Assembly (NCBI GenBank): GCA_036676395.1
Contig: JAKFCY010000002.1
Coordinates: 320,001-384,000 of the forward strand
DNA: 64,000 nt
Direction of reading: 5' to 3'
Source of the DNA: Bdellovibrio sp.
Lineage (GTDB): Bacteria; Bdellovibrionota; Bdellovibrionia; Bdellovibrionales; Bdellovibrionaceae
Both the position numbers and the translations under genes were made by a program. Each line of letters begins with the position of its first letter. Position 1 is the stretch's first letter. Positions 18,872 to 28,217 of this stretch are shown piece by piece. Under the pieces are notes generated by a model that had not been told where the DNA came from, ran no database searches, and saw nothing but the letters and a program-made list of their open reading frames with translations.

Positions 18872-19951
18872 ATGAGAGTCTCTGATAAGATGCAACAAGC
18901 CCAAGTATTGAATAACTTAAATAAAAATCGTACTGAGCTGTCTAATTTACAAAACCAGGCTTCAAGCTTAAAAAAAGTGACAAAACCTTCGGATGATCCG
19001 ATAGGAGTTTCTCGCATTTTGCAAAGTCGAACTGATTCATCGAACATGACCCAGTTCGATAAGAATATTTTCTTAGGAAAATCTTTTTTAGAAACCACTG
19101 AAACTGTATTAAGCCAAATGGGTGATGTGATTGTTCGTGCCAAAGAGTTAGCTCTGCAGGCAGCCAATGACACCAATGCCGGTATGCCGCGAGAGATGAT
19201 CGCCTCTGAAGTTGAACAAATTTATAATTCGATTGTTGAATTAAGTAACCGCCGTTTCGGTGAAAGATATATCTTTGCCGGCCATAAAACGACAGAAGCT
19301 CCATTTACCAAAGAGGGTAAGTACACTGGTGATAATGGCCAAATCCAAATTCAAAATTTAGAAGGCCAATTCATGCCAATTAATCTTGTGGGTTCACAAG
19401 TGTTCTTAGGTGAAGATCTATCTTACGGCGGAAATGTATCGCGTGAACAAAATATTCCGTTAACAGTTGAAGACTTGCAAAAATTTAAAATCGATCAAAT
19501 AGAAGCTGAATTTCAAAAAGAAGAAGCGCAAGAGCACCAGTTGGAAACACGCGGGCCTGCCAATGTCGGTTCAGTGCAAAGAATCAGTGAGCGTGACCCA
19601 GTAACGAATGCTCGTGGCGTGAATGTTTTCCAGACAATCATGGGCCTGGAAGCCGCTCTACGCGCGAATGACAAGCTGGGTATCCAAGAGTCTTTAGATA
19701 CTTTAGATCAAGCCATGAATCAGGTAAATCTAGCGCGTGCCGAAGTGGGCGGGCGTACAAATCAATTAATTGCTACAAGTGAAAGCATCCAACGCGGTAT
19801 CGTCGATAATAAAGCGTATAACTCGCAAATCGAAGATGCAGATGTATTTCAGGTTATGACAGAAATCAATAAATCCAATCAGACCTTAGAGGCTACGCTC
19901 TCAACTTCACAGAAGTTCATGAGCCAAAGCTTACTTGACTTCTTACGCTAG
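18872..19951 (+). CDS. flgL: Hook-associated protein FlgL
   Basis: KPSDDP, RYIFAG, EDAD, SLLDFLR C-terminus. Confidence 0.93.
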   Translation: MRVSDKMQQAQVLNNLNKNRTELSNLQNQASSLKKVTKPSDDPIGVSRILQSRTDSSNMTQFDKNIFLGKSFLETTETVLSQMGDVIVRAKELALQAANDTNAGMPREMIASEVEQIYNSIVELSNRRFGERYIFAGHKTTEAPFTKEGKYTGDNGQIQIQNLEGQFMPINLVGSQVFLGEDLSYGGNVSREQNIPLTVEDLQKFKIDQIEAEFQKEEAQEHQLETRGPANVGSVQRISERDPVTNARGVNVFQTIMGLEAALRANDKLGIQESLDTLDQAMNQVNLARAEVGGRTNQLIATSESIQRGIVDNKAYNSQIEDADVFQVMTEINKSNQTLEATLSTSQKFMSQSLLDFLR

Positions 19952-20070
19952 TCACATTAACTAGACTTCCGCTGAGTTATGTTTACAGAGATATGAGCCG
20001 ATAGGTTCGTATCAGTATGATGTTTTGTCTATAAGAGACAATTCAGTGGAAGGAACAAGGAGTTCTATTT

Positions 20071-20301
20071 ATGCTAGTACTTACAAGGAAGTTAGGCGAG
20101 AGCATTGCGATTGATGATCACATCAAGATCCGCGTAGTTCAAATCAAAGGTAAACAAGTTCGTTTAGGTATTGAAGCTCCGAAGGACACTAAGATCCATC
20201 GCGAGGAAGTTTACTTGGCTATTCAAGATCAAAATCAACAGTCAGTTCAAGTCAGTTCAGATAGAGTTAAAAACATCTCTAAGCTACTTAAACCTGAATA
20301 G
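20071..20301 (+). CDS. csrA: Carbon storage regulator CsrA
   Basis: MLVLTRKLGESIAI...VRLGIEAPK..IHREE. Confidence 0.97.
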   Translation: MLVLTRKLGESIAIDDHIKIRVVQIKGKQVRLGIEAPKDTKIHREEVYLAIQDQNQQSVQVSSDRVKNISKLLKPE

Positions 20302-20470
20302 TTCCTTGATCGCTTTTTATTCATAGTTCTCTATTTCTCCCTTTTTAAGGAAATTTAATAACTTACGGCGTTAAACGCATAAAAAAATTGATGCCCCACG
20401 GTTTTAAGGCCAGTATTGATTAACCGGTTAAGGATGATCGAGTGTCTTAAAAATTAAGCATGGGGGGATC

Positions 20471-21004
20471 GTGATAATTAATACGACTCGTTTCGGTCAA
20501 GTGAATCTACAACAAGAAGACATTATTACCTTTCCAGAAGGTCTTCTAGGTTTTCAAGATCTAAGAAATTTTGTTTTACTCGATGATCCAAATGACGACA
20601 TTTTCGCGTGGTTACAATCATGTGAATTACCGTCAATCGCATTTCCTGTATTAGAGCCTGAAATTTTTGGCCAATACTACTCAGTTAATCTTACTAAAAA
20701 TGAATTAGAACTTTTAAAGATCAAAGGTGATCAAAAGCCGACATTCATGAACATCATCACTATTCCAGATGATCCAACACAAATGACAGCGAACGTGAAA
20801 GCGCCAATCGTTATCAATCCAGAAGCTCGTATTGCTCGTCAATGCGTTCTTCAAGATAACAACTTAGCTATCCGTGAGCCAATCTTTGTAAAGCTTCAAA
20901 GCCGTGTGGTGCAAAACCCAAACGTATCCATTAAAGCCTTATCACAAGGGCTTTCTTGCGCAGTGAAACTAAACAACAAGTCAGAGATTGACCAGTCTTT
21001 ATAA
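20471..21004 (+). CDS. fliW: Flagellar assembly factor FliW
   Basis: TTRFG, FPEGLLGF, WLQS, TANVKAPIVIN; follows csrA. Confidence 0.93.
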   Translation: MIINTTRFGQVNLQQEDIITFPEGLLGFQDLRNFVLLDDPNDDIFAWLQSCELPSIAFPVLEPEIFGQYYSVNLTKNELELLKIKGDQKPTFMNIITIPDDPTQMTANVKAPIVINPEARIARQCVLQDNNLAIREPIFVKLQSRVVQNPNVSIKALSQGLSCAVKLNNKSEIDQSL

Positions 21005-21023
21005 AAGCTGACATTCTCGTCAG

Positions 21024-24000
21024 ATGCCATTTCGAAAGCTTATATTTTCTCAAGCCTCTGGGTTAATCAACCTTGGGGCTAAACGTATTGTTGATGTTAA
21101 GGATAAGCTAGAGCTTCCTGAGCTTCTCAGCGCCTATAATCCTGATATCGACAAAGCCGATATCGATTGGTCGACAAACAAAACTCTTTATAAAAGTTTA
21201 TTTCGCAACAATAAATCTATTCTGTTTAAGTCAGTTTCGTTTCAAGTTGTTGCCAGTTTATTTTCTTTTGCGACGCCGGTTTTAATTCATAATTTCATCT
21301 CAGGTTTGCAAGTCGGCGATTGGTCGCAAGACCATGTCTTGGTATTAATGGCCTATGCGATAGGTTTTGGTTTGTGTGGTGCCGGTAATGGTATTGCGAT
21401 TCAACATTACTTTTTCCACACGCTAAACTTTTTTCAAGTCACAACCAACATTGTGAATAAAAAAATCTTTACGCATGCTTTAAAACTTTCATCGCGTGCA
21501 AAACAAAAATATCAAGTGGGCGATATCGTGAACTTTATGAGTTCAGACACTGATGCCCTTGGTGATGCAGCGATTGTAACGATCGATTTGTCGAATGCGG
21601 TTTTATTATTAGTGGGTTGTTCGGCTTTATTATTTTATTATATCGGCTGGTCAGCGATTGGCGCGGTAGCTGTGATGGCGGTCTTGATTCCGTTAACTCA
21701 GCGTTTAGCTAAAAAATTCGTCCACATGGAAGAAGAAATGATGGCTCAGCGGGATAGCCGCATGACCTTAATGACTCAGATTCTAAATTCAATCCGCGTT
21801 GTGAAGTATTTCTCTTGGGAAAAAAGCGTCCAAGACGAAGTCACCGAAGTTCGTAATAAAGAAATCAGCGCGCGTTTTAAATTAGCCAAATCTGAAATCC
21901 TTTGGGGATTAATCTACGCTTCAATTTCAACAGTGGTGTTGTTTGTCGCTTTAACAATTCATCACTTTCGCGGTCAAACTATTGATTTAGCTTTAGTGCT
22001 GACATGCATTTCTATTTTTTCATTAATGGAAGATCACTTCGGTGGATTATCTCGTTTTATCAGTCGTTTGATGAATGTGTTTGTCAGCGGCCGTCGTATT
22101 ACAGAATTTGTAAAATCAGAAACTGTAGATTCTTTTGCGCCGACTGCAGAAAACCCAGAACTAGCCGGCGAACACGTCGTGGTTAAAGATTTACATTTTG
22201 GTTATGATGTTAAAACGACATTATTTAATAATTTGTCATTCACGTTAAAACAAGGTGAATCATTAGCCATTATCGGCGCCGTAGGTTCAGGCAAATCTAC
22301 GATCTTACAATTATTTTTAAAAGAAATCGCACCCACTTCGGGAATAATTCATTTATCGAATAAATATCGCAGAGCCTATATTCCGCAAGAAGCTTACATT
22401 GTTAATTCTACCCTAAAAGAAAACCTATTTTTTGGTGAAGACCAAGATCAAGCCGTATTAGACCGTGCGATTCAATTATCGTGCTTGCGGGCTGATATCA
22501 ATTTATTACCTAAAGGCACTGATACCGAAATCGGCGAAAAGGGCGTAAATCTATCTGGCGGGCAAAAACAACGCGTAAGTCTTGCGCGCGCCGTGATTGC
22601 AAAGCCTGATGTGATTTTATTAGATGATCCATTGTCTGCCGTTGATCCACACACTGAAAAATTATTGTGTGATCAGCTTATTTTTGGCGAATGGAAAAAT
22701 AAAACTCGCATCATGGCGACTCATCGAATTTCTCAGTTAGAGCGTTTTGATAAAATTTTATTTTTGATCGATGGCCATTACCAGATCGGCACGTATCAAG
22801 AACTTATCGAAAAATCGCCAGAGTTTAAAAAATACTTAGAAATTGAAAAACAAAACCAAAAACACGAAATCGAAATTCAAAAATCAACGCAAGTTACCGA
22901 AGTGTCAGCGCCAAATGCTGATAGCGATGGTCGCATGACGGTAGATGAAGACCGAGAAATCGGTTCGGTTAAAGCTGACATTTATATGACATATATTAAG
23001 TCATTAGGTGGTGATAGCCCTCGTCGTAATATCTTTATTGGCTTATTGTTTTTAGGGGCGATCGTGCATGTGAGTGCACCGATGATGCAAAGAGCGTGGC
23101 TTACGCAAATGAGCGGCAAAGTCGACGCTTTAATGCTGGTGATGGGCTACGGAGCATTTGGATTATTCACGATGTTACTAACATTTATGAATAACTATCA
23201 ATGGACTTACCGCGGGGTTTCAGCTGGAAGACTAATGCATGATAAAATGCTTAAATCGATTTTAAAAAGTCAGATTCGCTTTTTTGATAGCACGCCGATT
23301 GGCCGCATTTTACAGCGTTTCTCGCGTGATGTTGAATCGGTCGATATCCATTTACAGTGGACTTTTGATAATGCGATTCATTCGCTTTTCAATGTGTTGT
23401 CAGCGTTCATTTTAATCGTGATCGCGCTTCCGGTAAGTCTTTTTGTTTTAACCCCGGTGTTTTTTATTTATTATTCGATTCAACATCGCTACCGCCGTGT
23501 CGCCCGCGAAGTAAAACGTTTAGATTCAACAGCCCGCTCACCACGTTACGCTCACTTTAAAGAAACCTTACAGGGTTTAACAGTGATTCGTTCGTTTAAT
23601 TCACAAGAATGGTTCACGAAAGAATTTTTACAAAAATTAAATTTCTCGACTGAAATGTTTTACACCCACTATATGGTGAATCGCTGGTTCTCATCACGCT
23701 TACCATTAATTGGTGCTACCATTTCGATGACAACGGCAATGGCCGTGATTTATGCAAGCTCTAAGGGGTGGTTAACCGCTGGCCTTGCCGGTCTTGTAAC
23801 GTTATATGCTTTAGAATTCTGGCGCCATTTGAATTGGGGAGTAAGAATTTTTTCTGATTTAGAATCACGTATGACTTCAGTTGAACGTTTAGAATTTTAC
23901 ACGAACTTGCCCGCAGAAAAAGATGAAGTGAACTTAATCGACTTTCAAAGAATTCATCCAAAGTGGCCAAGTTCAGGAACTTTAGAATTCAAAAATGTTT

Positions 24001-24656
24001 TTGTGAAATACGCAGATCATTTACCAAACGTTTTAAAAGGCGTTACCTTTACCATTCAATCAGGCGCTCGCGCTGGTGTTGTGGGTCGTACGGGTTCAGG
24101 TAAGTCGACTTTATTTCAAACGGTGTATCGCTTTGTCGGTTATTACAAAGGTGAAATTTTAATTGATGGGCTAGCGATTGATAAAGTTCCACTTGAAATG
24201 CTTCGCCAAAATTTAGCCGTGATCCCACAAGATCCATCGTTATTTATGGGAAGCCTTCGTTCAAACATTGATCGCTATAGCCAGGCAACAGATGTCGATG
24301 TCTGGGCCGTGTTAGACAAAGTGGGCTTAAAACCTTTTGTGCAAACCTTACCAGGGCAGCTGACTCACCATGTGACTGAAAATGGCTCTAATCTTTCACA
24401 AGGGCAGCGTCAGTTGACTTGTTTAGCCAGAGCGCTACTGATGAAAGTAAAAATTATTTTCTTAGATGAAGCTACAGCAAGTGTGGATTTAGAAACCGAT
24501 GCACTTATTCAGCAAGTGATTCGTACTTCATTGGATGGCATTACTCTTGTTACTATTGCCCACAGGCTTTCTACACTTAAAGATTACGATCAGATCATCG
24601 AATTACAAAACGGCCAAGTTGTTAGATCCGGCGCCATCCGTAACACGGATTTGTAA
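21024..24656 (+). CDS. ABCC/MRP-like full-length ABC exporter (TMD-NBD-TMD-NBD)
   Basis: NBD1 GAVGSGKS, EIGEKGVNLSGGQKQR, LLDDPLSAVD; FFDSTPIGRILQRFS; NBD2 VGRTGSGKS, IPQDP, NLSQGQRQL, LDEATASVD. Confidence 0.92.
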   Translation: MPFRKLIFSQASGLINLGAKRIVDVKDKLELPELLSAYNPDIDKADIDWSTNKTLYKSLFRNNKSILFKSVSFQVVASLFSFATPVLIHNFISGLQVGDWSQDHVLVLMAYAIGFGLCGAGNGIAIQHYFFHTLNFFQVTTNIVNKKIFTHALKLSSRAKQKYQVGDIVNFMSSDTDALGDAAIVTIDLSNAVLLLVGCSALLFYYIGWSAIGAVAVMAVLIPLTQRLAKKFVHMEEEMMAQRDSRMTLMTQILNSIRVVKYFSWEKSVQDEVTEVRNKEISARFKLAKSEILWGLIYASISTVVLFVALTIHHFRGQTIDLALVLTCISIFSLMEDHFGGLSRFISRLMNVFVSGRRITEFVKSETVDSFAPTAENPELAGEHVVVKDLHFGYDVKTTLFNNLSFTLKQGESLAIIGAVGSGKSTILQLFLKEIAPTSGIIHLSNKYRRAYIPQEAYIVNSTLKENLFFGEDQDQAVLDRAIQLSCLRADINLLPKGTDTEIGEKGVNLSGGQKQRVSLARAVIAKPDVILLDDPLSAVDPHTEKLLCDQLIFGEWKNKTRIMATHRISQLERFDKILFLIDGHYQIGTYQELIEKSPEFKKYLEIEKQNQKHEIEIQKSTQVTEVSAPNADSDGRMTVDEDREIGSVKADIYMTYIKSLGGDSPRRNIFIGLLFLGAIVHVSAPMMQRAWLTQMSGKVDALMLVMGYGAFGLFTMLLTFMNNYQWTYRGVSAGRLMHDKMLKSILKSQIRFFDSTPIGRILQRFSRDVESVDIHLQWTFDNAIHSLFNVLSAFILIVIALPVSLFVLTPVFFIYYSIQHRYRRVAREVKRLDSTARSPRYAHFKETLQGLTVIRSFNSQEWFTKEFLQKLNFSTEMFYTHYMVNRWFSSRLPLIGATISMTTAMAVIYASSKGWLTAGLAGLVTLYALEFWRHLNWGVRIFSDLESRMTSVERLEFYTNLPAEKDEVNLIDFQRIHPKWPSSGTLEFKNVFVKYADHLPNVLKGVTFTIQSGARAGVVGRTGSGKSTLFQTVYRFVGYYKGEILIDGLAIDKVPLEMLRQNLAVIPQDPSLFMGSLRSNIDRYSQATDVDVWAVLDKVGLKPFVQTLPGQLTHHVTENGSNLSQGQRQLTCLARALLMKVKIIFLDEATASVDLETDALIQQVIRTSLDGITLVTIAHRLSTLKDYDQIIELQNGQVVRSGAIRNTDL

Positions 24657-24732
24657 ATCATTTATATTTAGAATTATTCGCACAGCCTCTTTGCTTAGGA
24701 ACTTTCCTGAAACCAAACAAAGAGGTGAAAAA

Positions 24733-25797
24733 ATGAAACATAAAACTTGGATCAGTTATTTAGCATTAGCGGTTGTGATGACCGGCTGCCTTAAAGTGCA
24801 AAATAAAAATGAAGTCGCGGCTAAGGCTGCGCCGAAAGCCAAACAACCACTAGTGCAAGCTCAAGCACAAATCACCCGGGCCTTGCGCTTGGATGACGTA
24901 TTTGTCGAGCCAGTGGGTTTGAATCAACCAAATATCTATGATTTAAATTTTTCTTGGCCTCAAACGAAAGACCGTCTTCGTTTAACAGCGAATAGCAAAG
25001 TGTTAACGGTTATTGATACCAAAGAAACTTTTCAGTGGACGATGTCACGTTTGCAAGGTGGGGCAAAATTTGAATTGCTCATCGAAATTCTTGATGGCGA
25101 AGGTCACATTATAACTTCTGAAGTTCGTCAGATTGAAATTCCAAAAGATTATGTGTTTCCGAAATCATTACGTTTAACAAATCATATGAAAATTCAAAAC
25201 CATCGGGTTTTTATGAGTGATTCGGTGATAACGACTGAAAATTTCAATTTAGAAATCCAGTCAAGCCAATTGATTGTTTTAAACAAATCTTACATTCAAA
25301 GTTATGCAAATGAGACGAAAGCTAAAATTGGTTCTGCGGGTCGAAGTGCAGGTTCAATTCGTATCGAAGCCAACGTTGCAGAAGGTGATTTAGATATCAC
25401 CATGAATTCTGAAGCGGGCGGCGATGGCTTAAAAGGTTACGAATCTCCACAGTGTGGTTTTGATGCAGGAATTGGTTGTAACATCGGAAAAATTCATTGC
25501 CCTCAAGGTGGTCTTGGGTATCCTGCGGGCAATAACGGAAATTTATTTGTTAAAATTAAAGATATCGCAAATTTCAAATTATATTCGCAAGAACAATTAA
25601 GTTTAGGCGGTCGCAACGGCCCATCTATGGATGAAAGCACGCCTGCTGATTATCCAGTGGTGACTTCGCAATTTATCAATAAGAACACTTACACTTGCAC
25701 TCCTCGCCAAGGGGCACCACCGCGTGGGACAGATGCGGTTCCAGGAAAAATCTGTTTAATGTTTTCTGGTTCAGTGCCAGAACACGGCTGCGAATAA
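24733..25797 (+). CDS. Hypothetical lipoprotein with Gly-rich (GxxG) C-terminal region
   Basis: SD AGAGGTG then ATG 24733; lipobox VMTGC. Confidence 0.75.
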   Translation: MKHKTWISYLALAVVMTGCLKVQNKNEVAAKAAPKAKQPLVQAQAQITRALRLDDVFVEPVGLNQPNIYDLNFSWPQTKDRLRLTANSKVLTVIDTKETFQWTMSRLQGGAKFELLIEILDGEGHIITSEVRQIEIPKDYVFPKSLRLTNHMKIQNHRVFMSDSVITTENFNLEIQSSQLIVLNKSYIQSYANETKAKIGSAGRSAGSIRIEANVAEGDLDITMNSEAGGDGLKGYESPQCGFDAGIGCNIGKIHCPQGGLGYPAGNNGNLFVKIKDIANFKLYSQEQLSLGGRNGPSMDESTPADYPVVTSQFINKNTYTCTPRQGAPPRGTDAVPGKICLMFSGSVPEHGCE

Positions 25798-26979
25798 TTA
25801 ATCTAACGGAGCCGGTAATGATTTATCGGCTTTCGCGCCAAGTTCTTTTAGTTTTTCAACTTGTGAGATTAAATTTCCACGGCCTGAATTCATTTTTCCC
25901 ATAATTTCAGTGTGAATTTTTTGAGTCGAATTCAAACGCTCACCCATAGTATCTAAATCTTTTACGATCGCTGCAAATTTGTCATACAACTCGCCACCGC
26001 GTTTAGCGATTTCGAGAGCATTTCTTTGCTGTTTATCCTGTTTCCATAAAGCAGCTACTGTACGAAGTGTTGCTAACAACGTTGTAGGGCTTACGATCGC
26101 TACGTTTTTTGTCCAGGCTTGTTCGAATAATTCTGGTTTTAATTTAAACGCTAATGCAAATGCAGGTTCAAGCGGCATAAATAACATCACAAAATCTGGT
26201 GATACGATTTCGTTAGCTAAGTGATATTTTTTTTCTGATAAACCATTGATATGACGTTTTAAAGATTCAACATGCAGATCAGCGTGTTTCTGACGAATTA
26301 CTTCATCTTCAGCCGAGCTATAGCCTTCGTATGCTGAAAGCGTCACTTTAGAATCGATGATTAAGTGTTTTCCGTCGGGAAGTCTTACGATCACGTCTGG
26401 GCGCAGGATTTCGCCTTCAGAGCCGCGTACGGTTTCTTGCACAAAATACTCTTCACCTTTTCTAAGACCAGAACGCTCTAAAATATTTTCTAAAATCATC
26501 TCGCCCCAATTACCTTGGGTTTTGTTTTCACCTTTAAGGGCGGTCACAAGATTTTGCGCGTCTTTTGACATGGTCGTGTTCAATTCAATCAATTTACCGA
26601 TTTCGCCGCGTAAATGGCCGCGTTCGGCTCTTTCTTGTGAATAAGTATCTTCGACTTTTTTCTCGAAATCTTTAATGCGTTCTTTTAAGGGATCTAACAA
26701 AGTTGATAATTGTTTATGATTTTGATCAGAGAGTTTACCAGATTTATCTTCAAAGATTTTTTGCGCTAAGTTTTCAAATTGCATGGTCATGCGATTTTGC
26801 ATTTCTTGCGTCGTGGTTTTTTGTTGTTCAGTTAATGTCTTTTGTTGTTCAGAAAGGGCTTTTTCAACATCAAACTTATTGCGCCAGATTTCAGCTTGAA
26901 TGCGCATCTTTGAATACACAGCAAAACCGATAATTGCACCACCAGCGATAAATGCAGCTATTGCGATAATGTAGTTCAT
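25798..26979 (-). CDS. rmuC: DNA recombination protein RmuC
   Basis: QGNWGEMILE, RPDVIVRLP, IIDSKV, PDFVMLFMP, SPTTLLATLRT. Confidence 0.95.
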   Translation of the reverse strand: MNYIIAIAAFIAGGAIIGFAVYSKMRIQAEIWRNKFDVEKALSEQQKTLTEQQKTTTQEMQNRMTMQFENLAQKIFEDKSGKLSDQNHKQLSTLLDPLKERIKDFEKKVEDTYSQERAERGHLRGEIGKLIELNTTMSKDAQNLVTALKGENKTQGNWGEMILENILERSGLRKGEEYFVQETVRGSEGEILRPDVIVRLPDGKHLIIDSKVTLSAYEGYSSAEDEVIRQKHADLHVESLKRHINGLSEKKYHLANEIVSPDFVMLFMPLEPAFALAFKLKPELFEQAWTKNVAIVSPTTLLATLRTVAALWKQDKQQRNALEIAKRGGELYDKFAAIVKDLDTMGERLNSTQKIHTEIMGKMNSGRGNLISQVEKLKELGAKADKSLPAPLD

Positions 26980-27077
26980 TTTAACCCCTTACAAGCCTGT
27001 TGGCCCTGCTGTGACAATATAAGTTATTTCATTGATAAAAAGCTGCAATTTTCTTAAGTTTCGCTATAAGTTAAGCT

Positions 27078-27329
27078 ATGAATTTAAAAAAATTAGCTCT
27101 TGGTGTTATTGCGATCGTTGCTCTCTTAATTTTAGGGTACTTTATGCAGCAAAACAAATCAAATACGCGCAAAATTTGTACACCTGTCGCCGACAAAGTG
27201 GTCTGTCAGGAATGCTCTTGCCCGATGGGTCAACCGATTCCTTCAAACACTCCTCCTGTTCCAGGGATGAATAGCTCAGTAGCTTGTCCCGATGGCGCAA
27301 CCCCAACTTGTAAACAACTGGAGAACTAG
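27078..27329 (+). CDS. Small membrane-anchored Cys-rich hypothetical protein
   Basis: N-terminal TM helix and six Cys; stop 3 nt before menA. Confidence 0.6.
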   Translation: MNLKKLALGVIAIVALLILGYFMQQNKSNTRKICTPVADKVVCQECSCPMGQPIPSNTPPVPGMNSSVACPDGATPTCKQLEN

Positions 27330-27332
27330 GCC

Positions 27333-28217
27333 ATGGCACAATCAACTTTTCAATCTTGGGTGTTAGCAGCTCGTCCGAAAACTTTATCTGCGGCTGTGGT
27401 TCCGGTTTTAGCAACGATTGGTTTAGTGAATAGTTTAAAATTACCAATTCAATGGTGGATCATCGCCTTTGCTTTACTTTCTAGTTTCTGTATTCAAATC
27501 GGAACTAATTTTGTGAATGATGCCATGGATTTTAAAAAAGGTGCGGATAACGAAAAACGTTTAGGCCCTATGCGCGTCACGCAGCAAAAGATTTTTACAT
27601 TTAAACAAGTGATGATGATGGCCACAGGATTTTTTGTTCTTGCGATGGCCTTTGGCATACCATTAGTGATTCATGGTGGCTGGCCGATTGTAGTTATCGG
27701 ATTATTGTCAGTGTTAATGGGTTATGCCTATACTTCTGGGCCAGTGCCGTTGGCGTATTTTGGTTTAGGTGACCTGTTTGTAATTATCTTTTTTGGTTTA
27801 GTGGCTGTGGGTGGTTTGTTTTTTCTGCAAACTGGCACTTACACGTTGGATGCGTTTGTTCTTGGATTACAGATCGGCTTTTTAAGCACGATTTTAATCG
27901 CCATTAATAATTTACGCGATATTCACACAGATAAAGAAGTGAATAAAAAAACTCTGGCAGTGCGCTTAGGTGTTACTGGCGCTAAAATCTGGATCATATT
28001 TTTAGTGGTAGCTCCGTTCTTGCTGGGTTATTACTGGCTAAATCAACAAAAGTATTGGCTTTATATTTTGCCAACAATGTCGTTACCACTGGGATTATCA
28101 GTGGTGAAAAAAATTATCAGCACGGCACCTTCAGCTGAATATAATCGATTTTTAGCTAAGTCTGCAGCTTACGGGATGATCTTTAGCTTAGGCTTTATGA
28201 TTGGATCATTTGTTTAA
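27333..28217 (+). CDS. menA: 1,4-dihydroxy-2-naphthoate polyprenyltransferase MenA
   Basis: ARPKTL, NFVNDAMDFKKGAD, INNLRDIHTD..KKTLAVRLG. Confidence 0.93.
   Translation: MAQSTFQSWVLAARPKTLSAAVVPVLATIGLVNSLKLPIQWWIIAFALLSSFCIQIGTNFVNDAMDFKKGADNEKRLGPMRVTQQKIFTFKQVMMMATGFFVLAMAFGIPLVIHGGWPIVVIGLLSVLMGYAYTSGPVPLAYFGLGDLFVIIFFGLVAVGGLFFLQTGTYTLDAFVLGLQIGFLSTILIAINNLRDIHTDKEVNKKTLAVRLGVTGAKIWIIFLVVAPFLLGYYWLNQQKYWLYILPTMSLPLGLSVVKKIISTAPSAEYNRFLAKSAAYGMIFSLGFMIGSFV

Noticed and set aside
24535..24732. N-terminal extension of the 420-aa ORF overlapping the ABC transporter
   Set aside because: SD and lipoprotein signal point to ATG 24733; the same reasoning trims the ORFs at 4295, 6411, 33611, 38071, 43701, 49336 and 57380.
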